Below, one piece after another: positions 1-11,850 of a DNA stretch of 64,000 nt. The notes below the pieces were generated by a model, which saw nothing but the letters and a program-made list of their open reading frames with translations, was not told the origin of the DNA and did not search any database. Location: assembly GCA_964016885.1 (NCBI GenBank), contig OZ024749.1:12028001-12092000 (forward strand), read 5' to 3'. The DNA is from Eledone cirrhosa. Taxonomy: Eukaryota. Made by a program: the position numbers and the translations under genes. The first letter of the stretch is position 1, and every line of letters starts with the position of its first letter.

Positions 1-184
1 ATGTATATATGTATATATATATATGTATGTATATATATATGTATGTATATATATATGTATATATATGTATATATATATATATATGTTTATATATGTATAT
101 ATATATGTATATATATGTATATATATATATCTATATCTGTATATATATATATATGTATGTATATATATATATCTATATATATAT

Positions 185-215
<31 letters not shown>
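1..215. repeat. (TA)n/(TATG) microsatellite plus poly-T
   Basis: Direct inspection; it produces the low-complexity YI ORFs. Confidence 0.95.
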
Positions 216-3200
216 AATGACCATGCTGTAAAATGGAGGGGTAGAGAAGAGGGCCCTTGAGTCTAGTAAGACATCCTCTCTAGTGCTGGTGGCACAAATA
301 AAAAGCACCCAGTCCATGCTGTAAAGTGGCGCTGGTGTTAGGAAGGGCATCCAACCAGTGTATCAATGCCAAAAAGCTTATCAGCACAGCAACAAAACAG
401 CATAGAAAAATATGAAGACGTCGCATCTCAGAGTTGCAACACTTAATGTTGGCACTCTCAGAGGTAGGTCTGCTGAAAATAGCGGAGATGCTGGAGAGAA
501 GGCAGGTGGATGTGTGCTGCGTGCAAGAGGTGAGATGGAGGGGTGCCTCTGCGAGACTAGTCGTAGGCAAGCGTCTTAGCTATAAGCTATTCTGGGTAGG
601 TAAGGATGATGGGTTAGGGGGAGTAGGCATTTTCCTGGCTGAGAAATGGATCAATAAGACAATAGAGGTAGTTCGAGTAGTAATCGAATAATTAAGCTTA
701 GATTAGTTGTAGGTAGGAGACTACTGACAATCATCTCGGTCTATGCTCCCCAAGCAGGCCTAGGCAAAGATGAGAAAGACTGCTTTTATGAGCAACTTTT
801 GCAAACAACCACAATGACAGAGGACGGAGACATCGTTATGCTAGCAGGAGACTTCAATGGTCATGTTGGACAGCTCCAGGATGGTTACACTGGGGTACAT
901 GGTGGGCACGGTTACGGTTCAAGAAATGAAGAAGGAGTGAGACTTCTTGAATTTTGTGATGCAAGTACATTGACTATTTGCAACACAAACTTCCAGAAAC
1001 CTGCCAATCACCTAATAACCTACAATCTGGTGAGCACATAAGCCAGATTGACTTCCTGCTAGTTAGGCAGCGGGACAGGCAGATAGTGTCTAATACCAAG
1101 GCATACCCTGGGGAAGAATGTACCCCACAGCATAGGTTAGTTGTTAGTGATATCTCAGTAAGCAAGAGATGGAATGAGACATATAGGAAGGTGTGGAGAA
1201 GAAAGGTCTGGAAGCTAAAAGACCTTTCACTAAAATTCAAATTTAGGAAAGCCCTTCAAGATGTATATGACGAAAAGAAGACGATTTAGAGACGTATGAC
1301 ATAGATAATAACTGAAGTTCTTACGTGACAACTTGCTGAAGGCTACTGATGAAACCTGTGGCTGGAGCAGAGCTCCAACCAGACAGAGAGTGACCTGGTG
1401 GTGGAACAGCAGTGTAGATAAGGCTATTAGAGACAAAAGACTAGCATGGAAGGCTTGGAATAAGGGTGGAGTAGGGAAGAATATACAGCCACTAAGAGAG
1501 AAGCTAGACGTCAGGTGTACTTAGCACGCAGGGAGGCAGAGAGTAGGAGGTTTGCCAATGTTCTGCGACGGGAAGATCAGAGGCGTGCGGTGTTCCACAT
1601 TGCAAGGCAGTGTGTCAATGCAAATCAGGATGTTGTTGGTGATAAATGTGTCCGGGATGATGCCGGTGTACTTAGTGTCACGAATGACCAGAAAAAGGAG
1701 GCCTGGAAATGTCATTATGAGAGACTGATGAATGTGGAGAACGAATGGGAGAGAGAGAAATTACCCTTGGTAGATCCGACAGAGGGACCAGCTATTGAGA
1801 TTGACGAATATAGGGTCCAAGAGGCGATTAGGGAAATGAAAAATGGTAAGGCGGCCGGACCATCGGGAATAGTTGCTGAGATGCTGAAGGCATCAGGGGA
1901 CGTAGGCACTAAACTGGTTGCACGCATAATCAATCAGGCTATATATGGTGGTGTCATACCCAAAGACTGGTGCAGCAGTATTCTCATAAATTGCTACAAA
2001 GGTAAAGGGGATGCTTTGGAGAGGAGCAATTATAGGGGTATAAAACTGATAGATCAGGTTATGAAAGTGGCAGAAAGGATTCTAGCACAACTAATTAGAG
2101 AAAGGGTCAAACTAGATGAGATGCAGTTTGGTTTTGTGCCTGGGAAGAGTACAACAGATGCCCTCTTCTTGGTGAGACAAATGCAAGAGAGGTTCTTAGA
2201 GAAGAATAAGCCACTATACTTAGCCTTTGTTGACCTAGAGAAGGCCTTTGATAGGGTACCCCGATCTGTCATCTGGTGGTCCCTAAGGAAGCTGGGTGTT
2301 GAGGAATGGCTTGTAAGGACAGTGCAAACTTTGTACAGAGGTACTCTCAGTAAAGTCAGGGTAGGAATGGAGTTTAGTGAGGAATTCCAGATACAAGTAG
2401 GAGTACATCAGGGTTCGGTCCTCAGCCCGCTCTTGTTCATTATAGTCCTCCAAGCCATAACAGAGGAGTTTAAGACTGGCTGTCCATGGGAACTTCTCTA
2501 TGCTGACGATCTGGCTCTTATGGCAGAATCAGTAGAGGAGCTAGAGAATAAATTCCGGCTATGGAAACAGCAGTTGGAAGCAAGAGGACTGAGAGTAAAT
2601 CTAGCTAAGACAAAAGTGTTGATGAGTAGAAAAGAGGACAAAACCCTGATTCCGTCAGGGAAATGGCCATGTTCGATATGCAGAAAAGGAACTGGCATAA
2701 ATTCTATAAAATGCACACAATGTAGGTCCTGGGTACACAAGAGATGTAGCGGGATAGCAGGCAAACTAACAGGTAGGGAGAAATATGTATGCAGTAGATG
2801 TACAGGGAAATTAGACAGTAGAAGTCGCACTGATAGACACATTTTTTCAAATGCGAGAGGGCGCTATAGAAGTGGTGGATAGCTTCCGGTACCTAGGAGA
2901 TCAGATTAGCATGGGAGGAGGGTGTTCCGAGGCCATAGTATCTAGAATAAGGACGGGTTGGAAGAAGTTTAGGGAGCTGCTTCCTCTGTTGACGAAGAAG
3001 GGTTTCTCCCTGCGTACGAAAGGCCGGTTGTATGATGCCTGTGTGAGGAGCGCGATGCTGCATGGTAGTGAGACATGGGCAGCTACCGCAGAAGATATGC
3101 GACGGCTGGAGAGAAATGAGGCAAGCATGCTCCGTTGGATGTGCAGTGTAAATGTGCGTGAACGACCCAGCATAAATGTGTTGAGAGAGAAACTGTGTCT

Positions 3201-3504
3201 GAGAGGGATAGAATGTAGTGTACGGGAGAGGAGACTGAGGTGGTATGGACATGTGATGCGCATGGAGGATGACCGATGGGTGAAGAAGTGCCAGGAAATG
3301 CCAGTTGAAGGAAGACGTGGTAGAGGTAGACCACGAAAAACATGGGCGGAGGTGGTGAGAACAGACCTCAGATCATTGAAGCTCACGGTGGAGATGACGA
3401 GGGACCGTGACGAGTGGAGAGATGCTGTGCTGAATAAGACCCGTCCCACCCTTGCAAGCAGGGAAAAGCGGACGTAAAATGATGATGATGATGATGATGA
3501 TGAT
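216..3504 (+). mobile_element. Near full-length RTE-clade LINE, antisense to the host gene
   Basis: Short 5' UTR, APE endonuclease motifs (ATLNVGTL, CVQEVRW, GDFNGHVG, IDFLL, QHRLV), RT motifs (QFGF, FVDLEKAFDRV, GVHQGSVLSP, YADD), RTE C-terminus (RLRWYGHVMR, RGRGRPRKTW), stop at 3475-3477 and a (GAT)n tail. Confidence 0.95.
412..3477 (+). pseudogene. Frameshifted RTE ORF (APE endonuclease, RT, PHD-like finger, C-terminal domain)
   Basis: ATG at 412 (MKTSHLRVATLNVG). The ORF track splits it into 434-691, 799-1041, 978-1289, 1333-1524, 1515-2882 and 2851-3477, i.e. several 1-nt indels or stops. Confidence 0.9.
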
Positions 3505-3612
3505 ACACACAGACATATATATACACACACATATACACACACACACATACTTATACACACACACACACACACATACACATACCCACACACACACACATAT
3601 ATATATATATAA
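3505..3612. repeat. (CA)n/(TA)n microsatellite
   Basis: Direct inspection. Confidence 0.9.
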
Positions 3613-4509
3613 TTGAGTGGTAATTCAGGGATCAGATATTGAAAGTTTGATATTCCTTTTAGTGTCATAAATGGTAAAGCTGAAATATGAGAAATGTCGG
3701 GAAGATAAAAAAAAATAAATGTTTGAAATAGAATATAAGTTTGACAAAGAACAATATTTAAAAGAAGATGGAAATATTGTTATATCTAAATTTCTGGAGA
3801 AACCAACAAAATATCTAATTTTGTAGTTATAAATCATTGCAGCTGAAAAACAATGAAATATGATATAATGATAGGGAAATAAAAGAGATTATTGAAAGAG
3901 GTGGTGGGTTGAGACAATGGCTGTGAATGAAAGTTTGGAGTAATAAATTATGTTAAATATTTATATCATAGATTGAGTTATAAACTCAAAATAGTCTTTT
4001 ACAATTAAGTAGCTCAAAGAAGGGAATCTTTCCAAGCCGTGTAATATAACTGGATATATGAGAGGGATGAACACAGATATAAGTATACATGTGTTCCAAT
4101 TGCAAATGACCAAAGCTAAATTGGTCATTTTCAATTGGAACACATGTATACATATATCTATGTTCATCCCTCTCATATATCCAGTTAAATATTTGTATGA
4201 ATAAATAAAAAAAGGTCTGAACATATTGAGTTCTTCTTCTTGTACCCACTTATTCCTGAAAGGGCTGTGTAGGCAGTCCTGAGACATGCCTCCTAGAGGG
4301 CCCTAATGAAATCAATCATCTTCAAATAAGACTAACTGAGGCTTCGGATGTTATATTGATTTAGGAAATAACTAATATACTTGATACATATTAATATTAA
4401 AATGTTTTAAGTTTGTGAAATAAGAAAGTTACTGTGATATTATTTACCCCCTTAACTTGCTGTTGAAATTTTAGTTCATTTGTTCATGTTAATAAAACCA
4501 GTAACATAC

Positions 4510-4760
4510 TATCTTTCTAGGGCGGGTAAAATTCTCGAGACCCATGGACGAGTTCTCTCCAGTGTGGTCTCTGTCCTTCATCATCGCTGCTATGCCCTGC
4601 ATCTCCCAGAGACCAGTGTCTGTCTTTAGGGCATCAATATATGTCATCCTTGGCCTCCCTCCTCTCGTGTGTCCATGTAGGGGCTCCCACAGGACCACCG
4701 AGTGCAGTGTCAACTCTGAATGTTGGTGAGCATGTCTAGTTAACCCAGTCTCCTCTATCA
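4510..4760 (-). mobile_element. 3' fragment of a different RTE-like LINE family
   Basis: ORF 4489-4761 contains VVLWEPLHGHTRGGRPRMTYIDALKTDTG...MKDRD, a typical RTE C-terminal motif that differs from the 216-3504 family. Confidence 0.7.
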
Positions 4761-5004
4761 TAAAATGGAAGTATTATGTGTACATTTGATAGAAGAGACT
4801 GTTAAAAAAAACCATTTACTAAAAGAATTGTCTATCAGTGTCTCCTCTCTCTCTATATATACTTTTTTTAATACAAAGAGAAAAAAAACATCTTTCCCAT
4901 GTTTAGTTATTTTTATGCAATTAAAAATGCTCAAATCTTCACTGATAAGTTTTGAGAAACATATGCAGATGGTGTGATGGTTTCTAATTTAAGTACTACC
5001 ATAA

Positions 5005-5120
5005 TATGACTGGTACTTTATTTTATCAACCCCGAAACACCGAAAGGCAAAGTTAACCTCGGCAGGATTTGAACTGAGGATGTAAACAGCTGAAACAAAT
5101 ATTGCTATGCATTTGTCTAA
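5005..5120 (-). mobile_element. tRNA-derived SINE, degenerate copy
   Basis: Reverse complement of the gttcaaatcc..gaggttaactttgcctttc..gataaaataaagtaccag core seen at 61630 and 62316. Confidence 0.75.
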
Positions 5121-5357
5121 CAGTCTACTAATCTATCACACTATTTCTTTTCTATAACAACAGCAGCAACAACAAACAGATCTTTTTCTCCAACCAAAGA
5201 AGAAATCAGTAAAAACTACACAGTGTTAATTCTTTATTCAACCTCCCTTTACTGAACACATAAGGCAGGAGTGATAGACTCTACACCTCAGCCTCACAGA
5301 TATACTTCAGTTGCAACCTGCAGACAAAACAGCGAAGATATTGTTGCAGAGAATGGC

Positions 5358-5492
5358 CACTGACCCCTACTACAACAGCCGACCTATCTCACAGTGACCC
5401 CCACTACAACAGCTGACCTATCTCACACTGACCCCCACTACAACATCTGTCCTATCTCACACTGACCCCCACTACAACATCTGTCCTATCTC
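5358..5492. repeat. ~33-bp minisatellite, 4 copies
   Basis: Unit approx. cactgacccccactacaacatctgtcctatctca. Confidence 0.85.
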
Positions 5493-5499
5493 TGTACAC

Positions 5500-6175
5500 C
5501 ACTGGTACTACATTTTATCAACACAGTACGTCACTGGTACTATATTTTACCAATCCCAGTACGTCACTGGTACTACATTTTATCAACACAGTACGTCACT
5601 GGTACTATATTTTACCAATCCCAGTACGTCACTGGTACTACATTTTATCAACACAGTACGTCACTGGTACTATATTTTACCAACCCCAGTACGTCACTGG
5701 TACTACATTTTATCAACACAGTACGTCACTGGTACTATATTTTACCAACCCCCAGTACATCACTGGTACTATATTTTATCAACCTCAGTACGTCACTGGT
5801 ACTACATTTTACCAACCCCAGTATGTCACTGGTACTACATTTTATCAACACAGTACGTCACTGGTACTACATTTTACCAACCCCAGTACGTCACTGGTAC
5901 TACATTTTATCAACGCAGTACGTCACTGGTACTACATTTTACCAACCCCAGTACGTCACTGGTACTACATTTTATCAACGCAGTTCGTCACTGGTACTAC
6001 ATTTTACCAACCCCAGTACGTCACTGGTACTACATTTTATCAACGCAGTACGTCACTGGTACTACATTTTACCAACCCAGTACGTCACTGGTACTACATT
6101 TTATCAATGCAGTACATCACTGGTACTATATTTTACCAACCCAGTACACCACTGGTACTATATTTTATCAACCCC
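5500..6175. repeat. 32/33-bp minisatellite (~21 units, alternating A/B dimers), SINE-derived
   Basis: Units cactggtactacattttatcaacacagtacgt and cactggtactatattttaccaaccccagtacgt; the array runs directly into a reverse SINE body at 6176-6220. Confidence 0.9.
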
Positions 6176-6820
6176 AGAAGAAAAGCAAAGTAGACCTTGG
6201 TAGAGTTTGAAATCAGAATATAAAAAGTCTGAGCAATCTTTATGCTACATTCACAATCAAACAACAATGGGTCCTTCAACAGTGATAATTCAGTTCAATC
6301 AAGTGTGACTGACTCATGAATTAACACTTGAGTGGCTGAGTATTCCACAAACACATGCATCTTTCATGCATTTCTCAGGTAGAACAAGCATAGCACAATA
6401 TGTGATGAGGCGGGACCATTGAATTACAAGTATAATCCATATGACAGGCTTCTACACAGTTTCTGTCTACCCAGTTTAACTGATGAGGCTTAGGTTGTTG
6501 ATTGTTTAAGATGCCACACAGTGTGATCCAGGTCATCATAATTGTGAAGTAAACTTTTCAACCACTCAGCCATACCTATGTCATTCAAATAATAATAAAT
6601 ATTAGAAATGGCTAACTGTAGTAGACTGATTAAATAGAAACTTTACTTAGCCTTTTGTAACCAGATTTCTAATTAAATATATTACTTATGTGTTTCAATT
6701 AATATTTAGAAAAATCAAAAATTATGTAAAATAACTAATGTTGCTAATATTGATTGTGTTTAAACCCCCCTCCTTCCCCTCCCCAAATACTATGACAGAT
6801 TGTAAAGATAAATACATTAA

Positions 6821-6917
6821 CCTTTAGCACAGTAGAAATTTTTATGGATTGCTTCCCTTGACACTATTGAGGGGAGATTACTCTATTGGCGACAATGTGC
6901 CTGGAGCATGCTGAAGG
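6821..6917. mobile_element. ~97-bp TTAA-flanked MITE (piggyBac-like, family B)
   Basis: TTAA|CCTTTAGCA...TGCTGAAGG|TTAA; a related copy lies in opposite orientation at 10933-11040. Confidence 0.75.
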
Positions 6918-7932
6918 TTAAGAGAGATGGTTTTAAAATATGGAGCAGCCTCAAACAAGTTAGTATCGAAAGGGTTAAGTATCAGATTTAAATGAATTTC
7001 TTTATATGAATATTCATTGTTTTAAAAGTATATTTTACATGGCACCTCAAGATAAAAATCAAAGAACCCAGTAATATTTGTGAAAAAGAAAGGTTGGAGA
7101 ATGAATGCTGCATAAAAATGAAAGAAATCAAGACATTAATATATAAATACATTTTTAGAAAAGAAGAATGAAATAATGGTTATGTATATTTGTATTGCAG
7201 AGAGTTAAATTTCTATATATATATGTGTGTTATACAGACATATATATATATAGTACAACTTCAGATATATTGTACAAAACTTGTTACATTTCAATAGGTG
7301 CCAAATGTATGTATATTTGGGGCTGCCTTGATTTAAAGATCTTTCAATATAAAGTGAAACCAGTAAAAAGTGATTTTAACTGTTTCACTACCACATAGGA
7401 ATGGTAAAAACAAATTACCAAATTTAGCTAAATTAATGTATGCAAAAGAAATACTTCAAGCTCTATCAGTGATCAAACCTTGTATGCTAGCTATCTAATA
7501 AAATATGCAAATTAGCTAATTATATATACAAATTTGTAAATTGTCAGATTTCCCAAGAGTCCGGTCACTTGTTTTAATAAAGATATACTGTTGTATATAC
7601 TAATACTGTGTATATACCAATACTGTGTATATATCAATACTGTGTTTCTCTGGGGGAAGGGCAATATTGATTATATATTGATTTCTGGTCACGGGCATGA
7701 GAGTATGAGGATGACTCCATCTTTGTTTGAAAGACACCTGCAAGAGGAAAGTCAATAGATCTGGACAGCCAGAGATGGGAAGAGGCCACAAATGATGGCT
7801 CTCACTGGAGATGAGTATTATAAAAGATGGAGCAAGAGGAAGAGAGTGTGAAATTTACAGGCGAGGAAAAGTGTTCTTGAAGGAAGGAAAAGACAGCAAC
7901 ACTGCAGCGGAGCATCTTCAAATGCAGTCACT

Positions 7933-8182
7933 GCATATGAAACTCTAGTGTGGCCCTGTACAGCCATATGAGACTAGTGTGGGCCTGTACAGCCATATGA
8001 GGCTCTAGTGTGGCCCTGTACAGCCATATGAGGCCCTAGTGTGGGCTTGTACAGCCATATGAGGCTCTAGTGTGGGCCTGTACAGCCATATGAGGCTCTA
8101 GTGTGGGCCTGTACAGCCATATGAGGCTCTAGTGTGGGCCTGTACAGCCATATGAGGCTCTAGTGTGGGCCTGTACAACCAT
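7933..8182. repeat. 31-bp minisatellite, ~8 copies
   Basis: Unit cagccatatgaggctctagtgtgggcctgta. Confidence 0.9.
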
Positions 8183-8318
8183 AACAGTTGCTAAACTACC
8201 ATCAGCAACTGAAACAAAATTCTCCAAGTTGAGATCCATGGTCTTTCGAGACTGATGAATGCTAATAATAATTTCAGTACCAGGCCAGAACATTTAGGGG
8301 AAGGGCAAAGTTGATTAA

Positions 8319-8518
8319 CCCTTTCGCATTTACATTACTCTATATATATTTTCATGGTAAACACTTTACCTCACATAATATTGAATCTATGAAATTTTGA
8401 TGTTATTTATTTTGTGAATAATACCATAACATCAGTATGAGTAGCCAGTTATGGCCAGTTTGAACAGAAAAAGGTGAGAGAATTCTGGCCAGATATGGCT
8501 GGTTTAAATGCTAAAGGG
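8319..8518. mobile_element. ~200-bp piggyBac-like MITE (family A) nested in a SINE remnant
   Basis: TTAA (8315-8318)|CCCTTTCGCATTTA...TAAATGCTAAAGGG|TTAA (8519-8522). CCC/GGG termini with a TTAA duplication are the piggyBac signature. Confidence 0.85.
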
Positions 8519-8720
8519 TTAAATCAACCCCAATAGTTAACTGGTACTTTATCCCCTTCACCACTTCAAAGTCAAAGCATTTTTTCCAATGCTCCGCTAA
8601 TCCACCATCCTTCTTAGATATAATATTAGGGAATATATAATCTATGAACATGTATGAGTATGTGTACAAACTAAACCAAACCACGGGAGGGAAACACTTA
8701 AATTAATATGTAGGAATTAC

Positions 8721-8879
8721 CTTGTAAATAGTCCAGTAAGCTACCATTTCTCATTAGTTCAGTTACAATATATATTGGTTCATCCTGGGTACATACGGCA
8801 TACAGTTGGATTAATTTGCTGTGTCGAAGTTTCTTCATAATTTGTGCTTCTTGTAAGAAGTCTTTAGGGTCCATTGTCC
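8721..8879 (-). CDS. Src42A: Src42A-like kinase exon: alphaC helix to hinge
   Basis: Lies within ORF 8698..8922: (G)[52 protein letters not shown](G). Acceptor ttaattcAG, donor GTAATT. 159 nt, phase 1 to phase 1. Confidence 0.95.
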
Positions 8880-10229
8880 CTGAATTAACAGATAAAAATA
8901 CATTCATCATCATCATCATCATTTAACATCCACCTTCCATGTTAGCATGGGTGAATTAAGTAATCTACAATAGTTATTTCCTTGCTATGTTTATATTTTT
9001 ATATTCATTAAATATTGTCTTACACTTTCAAATATTTGGTTTAGAATAAATTGCAGTATTCCTGCAAAAGGTGACTAAAAGTGTTGGTGCCAAGAATGTA
9101 AACTGGCTATAAAATATTACCTCAAATAGGACACAATCATGACTATGATTAAGCTTTTCATGGAGTCCATAGAGTTAAACCCTGCATTGGCAGGGGAATT
9201 GGCTGTAAAACACTTCTATATACTTGGAAACTTTCAAATATTTATAATTAAAAAAAAAAAAAAAAAAAATGGATTGAATACTACCATTTTAGCTATCAAG
9301 TGATTGAAGACAAACTTACCATACATACTTGTTGAAAAATATGTGACCAAAAAAAAAAAAAAAAAAAAAAAAATTGATGGCAAAATGTGGGGGGGGGGGG
9401 GGGGCGTATATTAAGTTTAATATTTTGCTGATTTTCACCAACTTCAAAATTCAACGTAAAATATTTTTACTTTTATTACACCAGTTTCACTTCGGGGGGT
9501 GAGGGTGAATATTACACCTGTTTAATTTTGGAGGTGAATATTACACCAATTTCACTTTAGAGGTGAAAAGGGTTGATGATCAGATGAGACCAAGGAAACT
9601 GTGCTTCCATTAATATTTCCATTGCTGACACTATCAGTTGCAGCTCTTGGCAACAGGATCTGAACTCAGATTGCACTGAGTCAGAACATCTTGCCCCTGC
9701 ACTGGTACTTTATTTATCAAGAATAAAAGGCTAAGTTGACCGTAGCCAGATTTGAGCTCAAACCAGAACAAATACCAAGATGTTCAATAAGACTCCTTAA
9801 CTCGAATACATCCAAATACTAATTAATCTCTCACATTAACGATGACTTTAAACGACTTAACAATTATGCTTCGTAACAAATCCATTATATAAATGCAGAT
9901 TAATGTAGGACCTATGCAATATGACAGCTGTAGCCTGATGACATCTGTCAACTCACTATACTAGTAATTAGGGCAGGTTAGTTGTTGTTTTGCGTATGGT
10001 GAGTGGGTTTAAATGTAGCTTTTTGTTGTAGATTTATCCACATTCAAGTTAAAGCAATTAATGGTCTTTTTTTTAAATTTACTCACCTCAAGTAAGGCAA
10101 TAAAGCCACCAAAATACAAGGGGTTATTGAGAAGGGAGAAGGACAAGACAGGCACAAGATGACGATTGATGTTGCTTTTGAATTTTTTGCAAATTGTAGT
10201 GGCTTTAGTTACATACAAGACCAAATCTA

Positions 10230-10445
<216 letters not shown>

Positions 10446-10932
10446 TTATATTTAAAATCATAAATTATTAAATCCTACAAATTATTTTATAACATTATTA
10501 TAACCTGGTGCCATGAGGAGAAGTACCTGGTCTTCCTTGTAAGGTGCTAGTGCTGGCATCACAATAAAAAGCACCCAGTTCATCCTGAAAGGTGGTAATG
10601 TTAGTGCCATGACAAAAAGTACTCAGTCCACCTGGTGTCATGATAATATGCTCCCTGTACACCCTGTAGAGTGGTTGATATTAAGAATGACATCCAGCTG
10701 TTATCAAACCAAAAAACTGAGCACATGAACAAAACATGGTCACCTGACCTGTCTCGTCTCAGAACAGGACAACCACATGGTCACAATACCATACCATCCA
10801 CTGCTAGAAACATTACTGGAACAACGGAGCCTGTAACAGTAATCAAAATATCTGATAATTATAATTCTACTTCATTCCAATGTTATTGAAGCCATTCAAT
10901 CACTTTGTGTTCAATATTTTCACCGCCTTTAA

Positions 10933-11040
10933 CCTTCAGCATACTGTGGGCGACACATGGCACCATATGAGTATTCTCCCCTTAATAGATAATACAGTGT
11001 CAAGGGAAACAACTCATAAAAATTACTAGTGTGTTAAAGG
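10933..11040. mobile_element. MITE family B copy, inverted relative to 6821-6917
   Basis: TTAA|CCTTCAGCA...TGTTAAAGG|TGAA; internal gtgtcaagggaa is the reverse complement of ttcccttgacac near 6853. Confidence 0.7.
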
Positions 11041-11165
11041 TGAATTGTTTTTCTAATGTTAGATTGTCGGAATTACTGTTAGTAGAGGGTTTCAATAGTT
11101 TTATCCTTTGTTTATATCATAAATGGTTAATGGACCAAAAAGGACACCATGATGAGTATAATTAA

Positions 11166-11373
11166 CCCTTCAGCATTTAAACTGGCCATATCCGGCCAGA
11201 ATTCTCTCACCTCTTCTTGTTCAAACCAGCTGTAACTGGCCACTCATACTGATGCTAAGGTATTGTTCTCAAAACAAATTATATCAAAATCCCATAGATT
11301 CGATATTATGTAAGATAAAGCCTTTACTATGAAAATAAAATAGTAAATATAGAGTAATGTAAATCCTAAAGGG
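11166..11373. mobile_element. piggyBac-like MITE family A copy, inverted relative to 8319-8518
   Basis: TTAA (11162-11165)|CCCTTCAGCATTTAAA...AAATCCTAAAGGG|TTAA (11374-11377); colinear with the reverse complement of 8319-8518. Confidence 0.85.
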
Positions 11374-11574
11374 TTAAGCTTTTCATGGACTCTGTAAAGC
11401 TAAACCTGGCTTTGGCAGAGAAAATTGCTTTAAAACATTTGTTCTATCGGTATACACTTGGACACTTTCAAATATTTCCTAAAATAAAAAATAAAAAAAT
11501 GGATTGAACACTTTTATTTTAACTGTCAAGTGATTGAAATAATACTTAATAGTTATAAACCCTTCATACACTAT

Positions 11575-11850
11575 CATCAGTACCATCGTTTAACGTCCAT
11601 TTTCCAGGTTTGCATGGGTTAGAGAGGTTGTCATGTTATGAGACAAGTTAGGTCCAGAGACCACATCTTGCTCATCTGGATTTGTATTTTGGTTTTCTAT
11701 GGCTGGATGCCCTTCCTAACACCAACCATGTTACAATGTGGACTAGGTGCCATTTATGGTGGCACCAAAACAACCACTTTACAGAGTGAATTGGATGCTT
11801 TTTGTTGTGTCACCCGTATGACTACCTTACAGGGTGGACTGTGTGTTTTT
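11575..11850 (-). mobile_element. RTE-related short non-autonomous element (5'UTR motif plus 3' tail)
   Basis: Contains ggatgcccttcctaacaccaacca (reverse complement of the RTE 5'UTR motif) and catcgtttaacgtcc...gcatgggtt (reverse complement of the RTE 3' end). Similar copies near 43830-44060, 44570-44800, 54150-54325, 55565-55775, 57750-57990 and 63400-63680. Confidence 0.7.

Noticed and set aside
2901-3668. 255-aa antisense ORF over the RTE 3' region
   Set aside because: Antisense shadow of the LINE ORF extended by a microsatellite; no independent evidence.
5823-6203. 126-aa repetitive ORF
   Set aside because: Translation of the SINE-derived minisatellite.
8698-8922. Stand-alone 74-aa ORF starting MMMMMM
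   Set aside because: The Met run comes from a retroelement (GAT)n tail; only 8721-8879 is exon.
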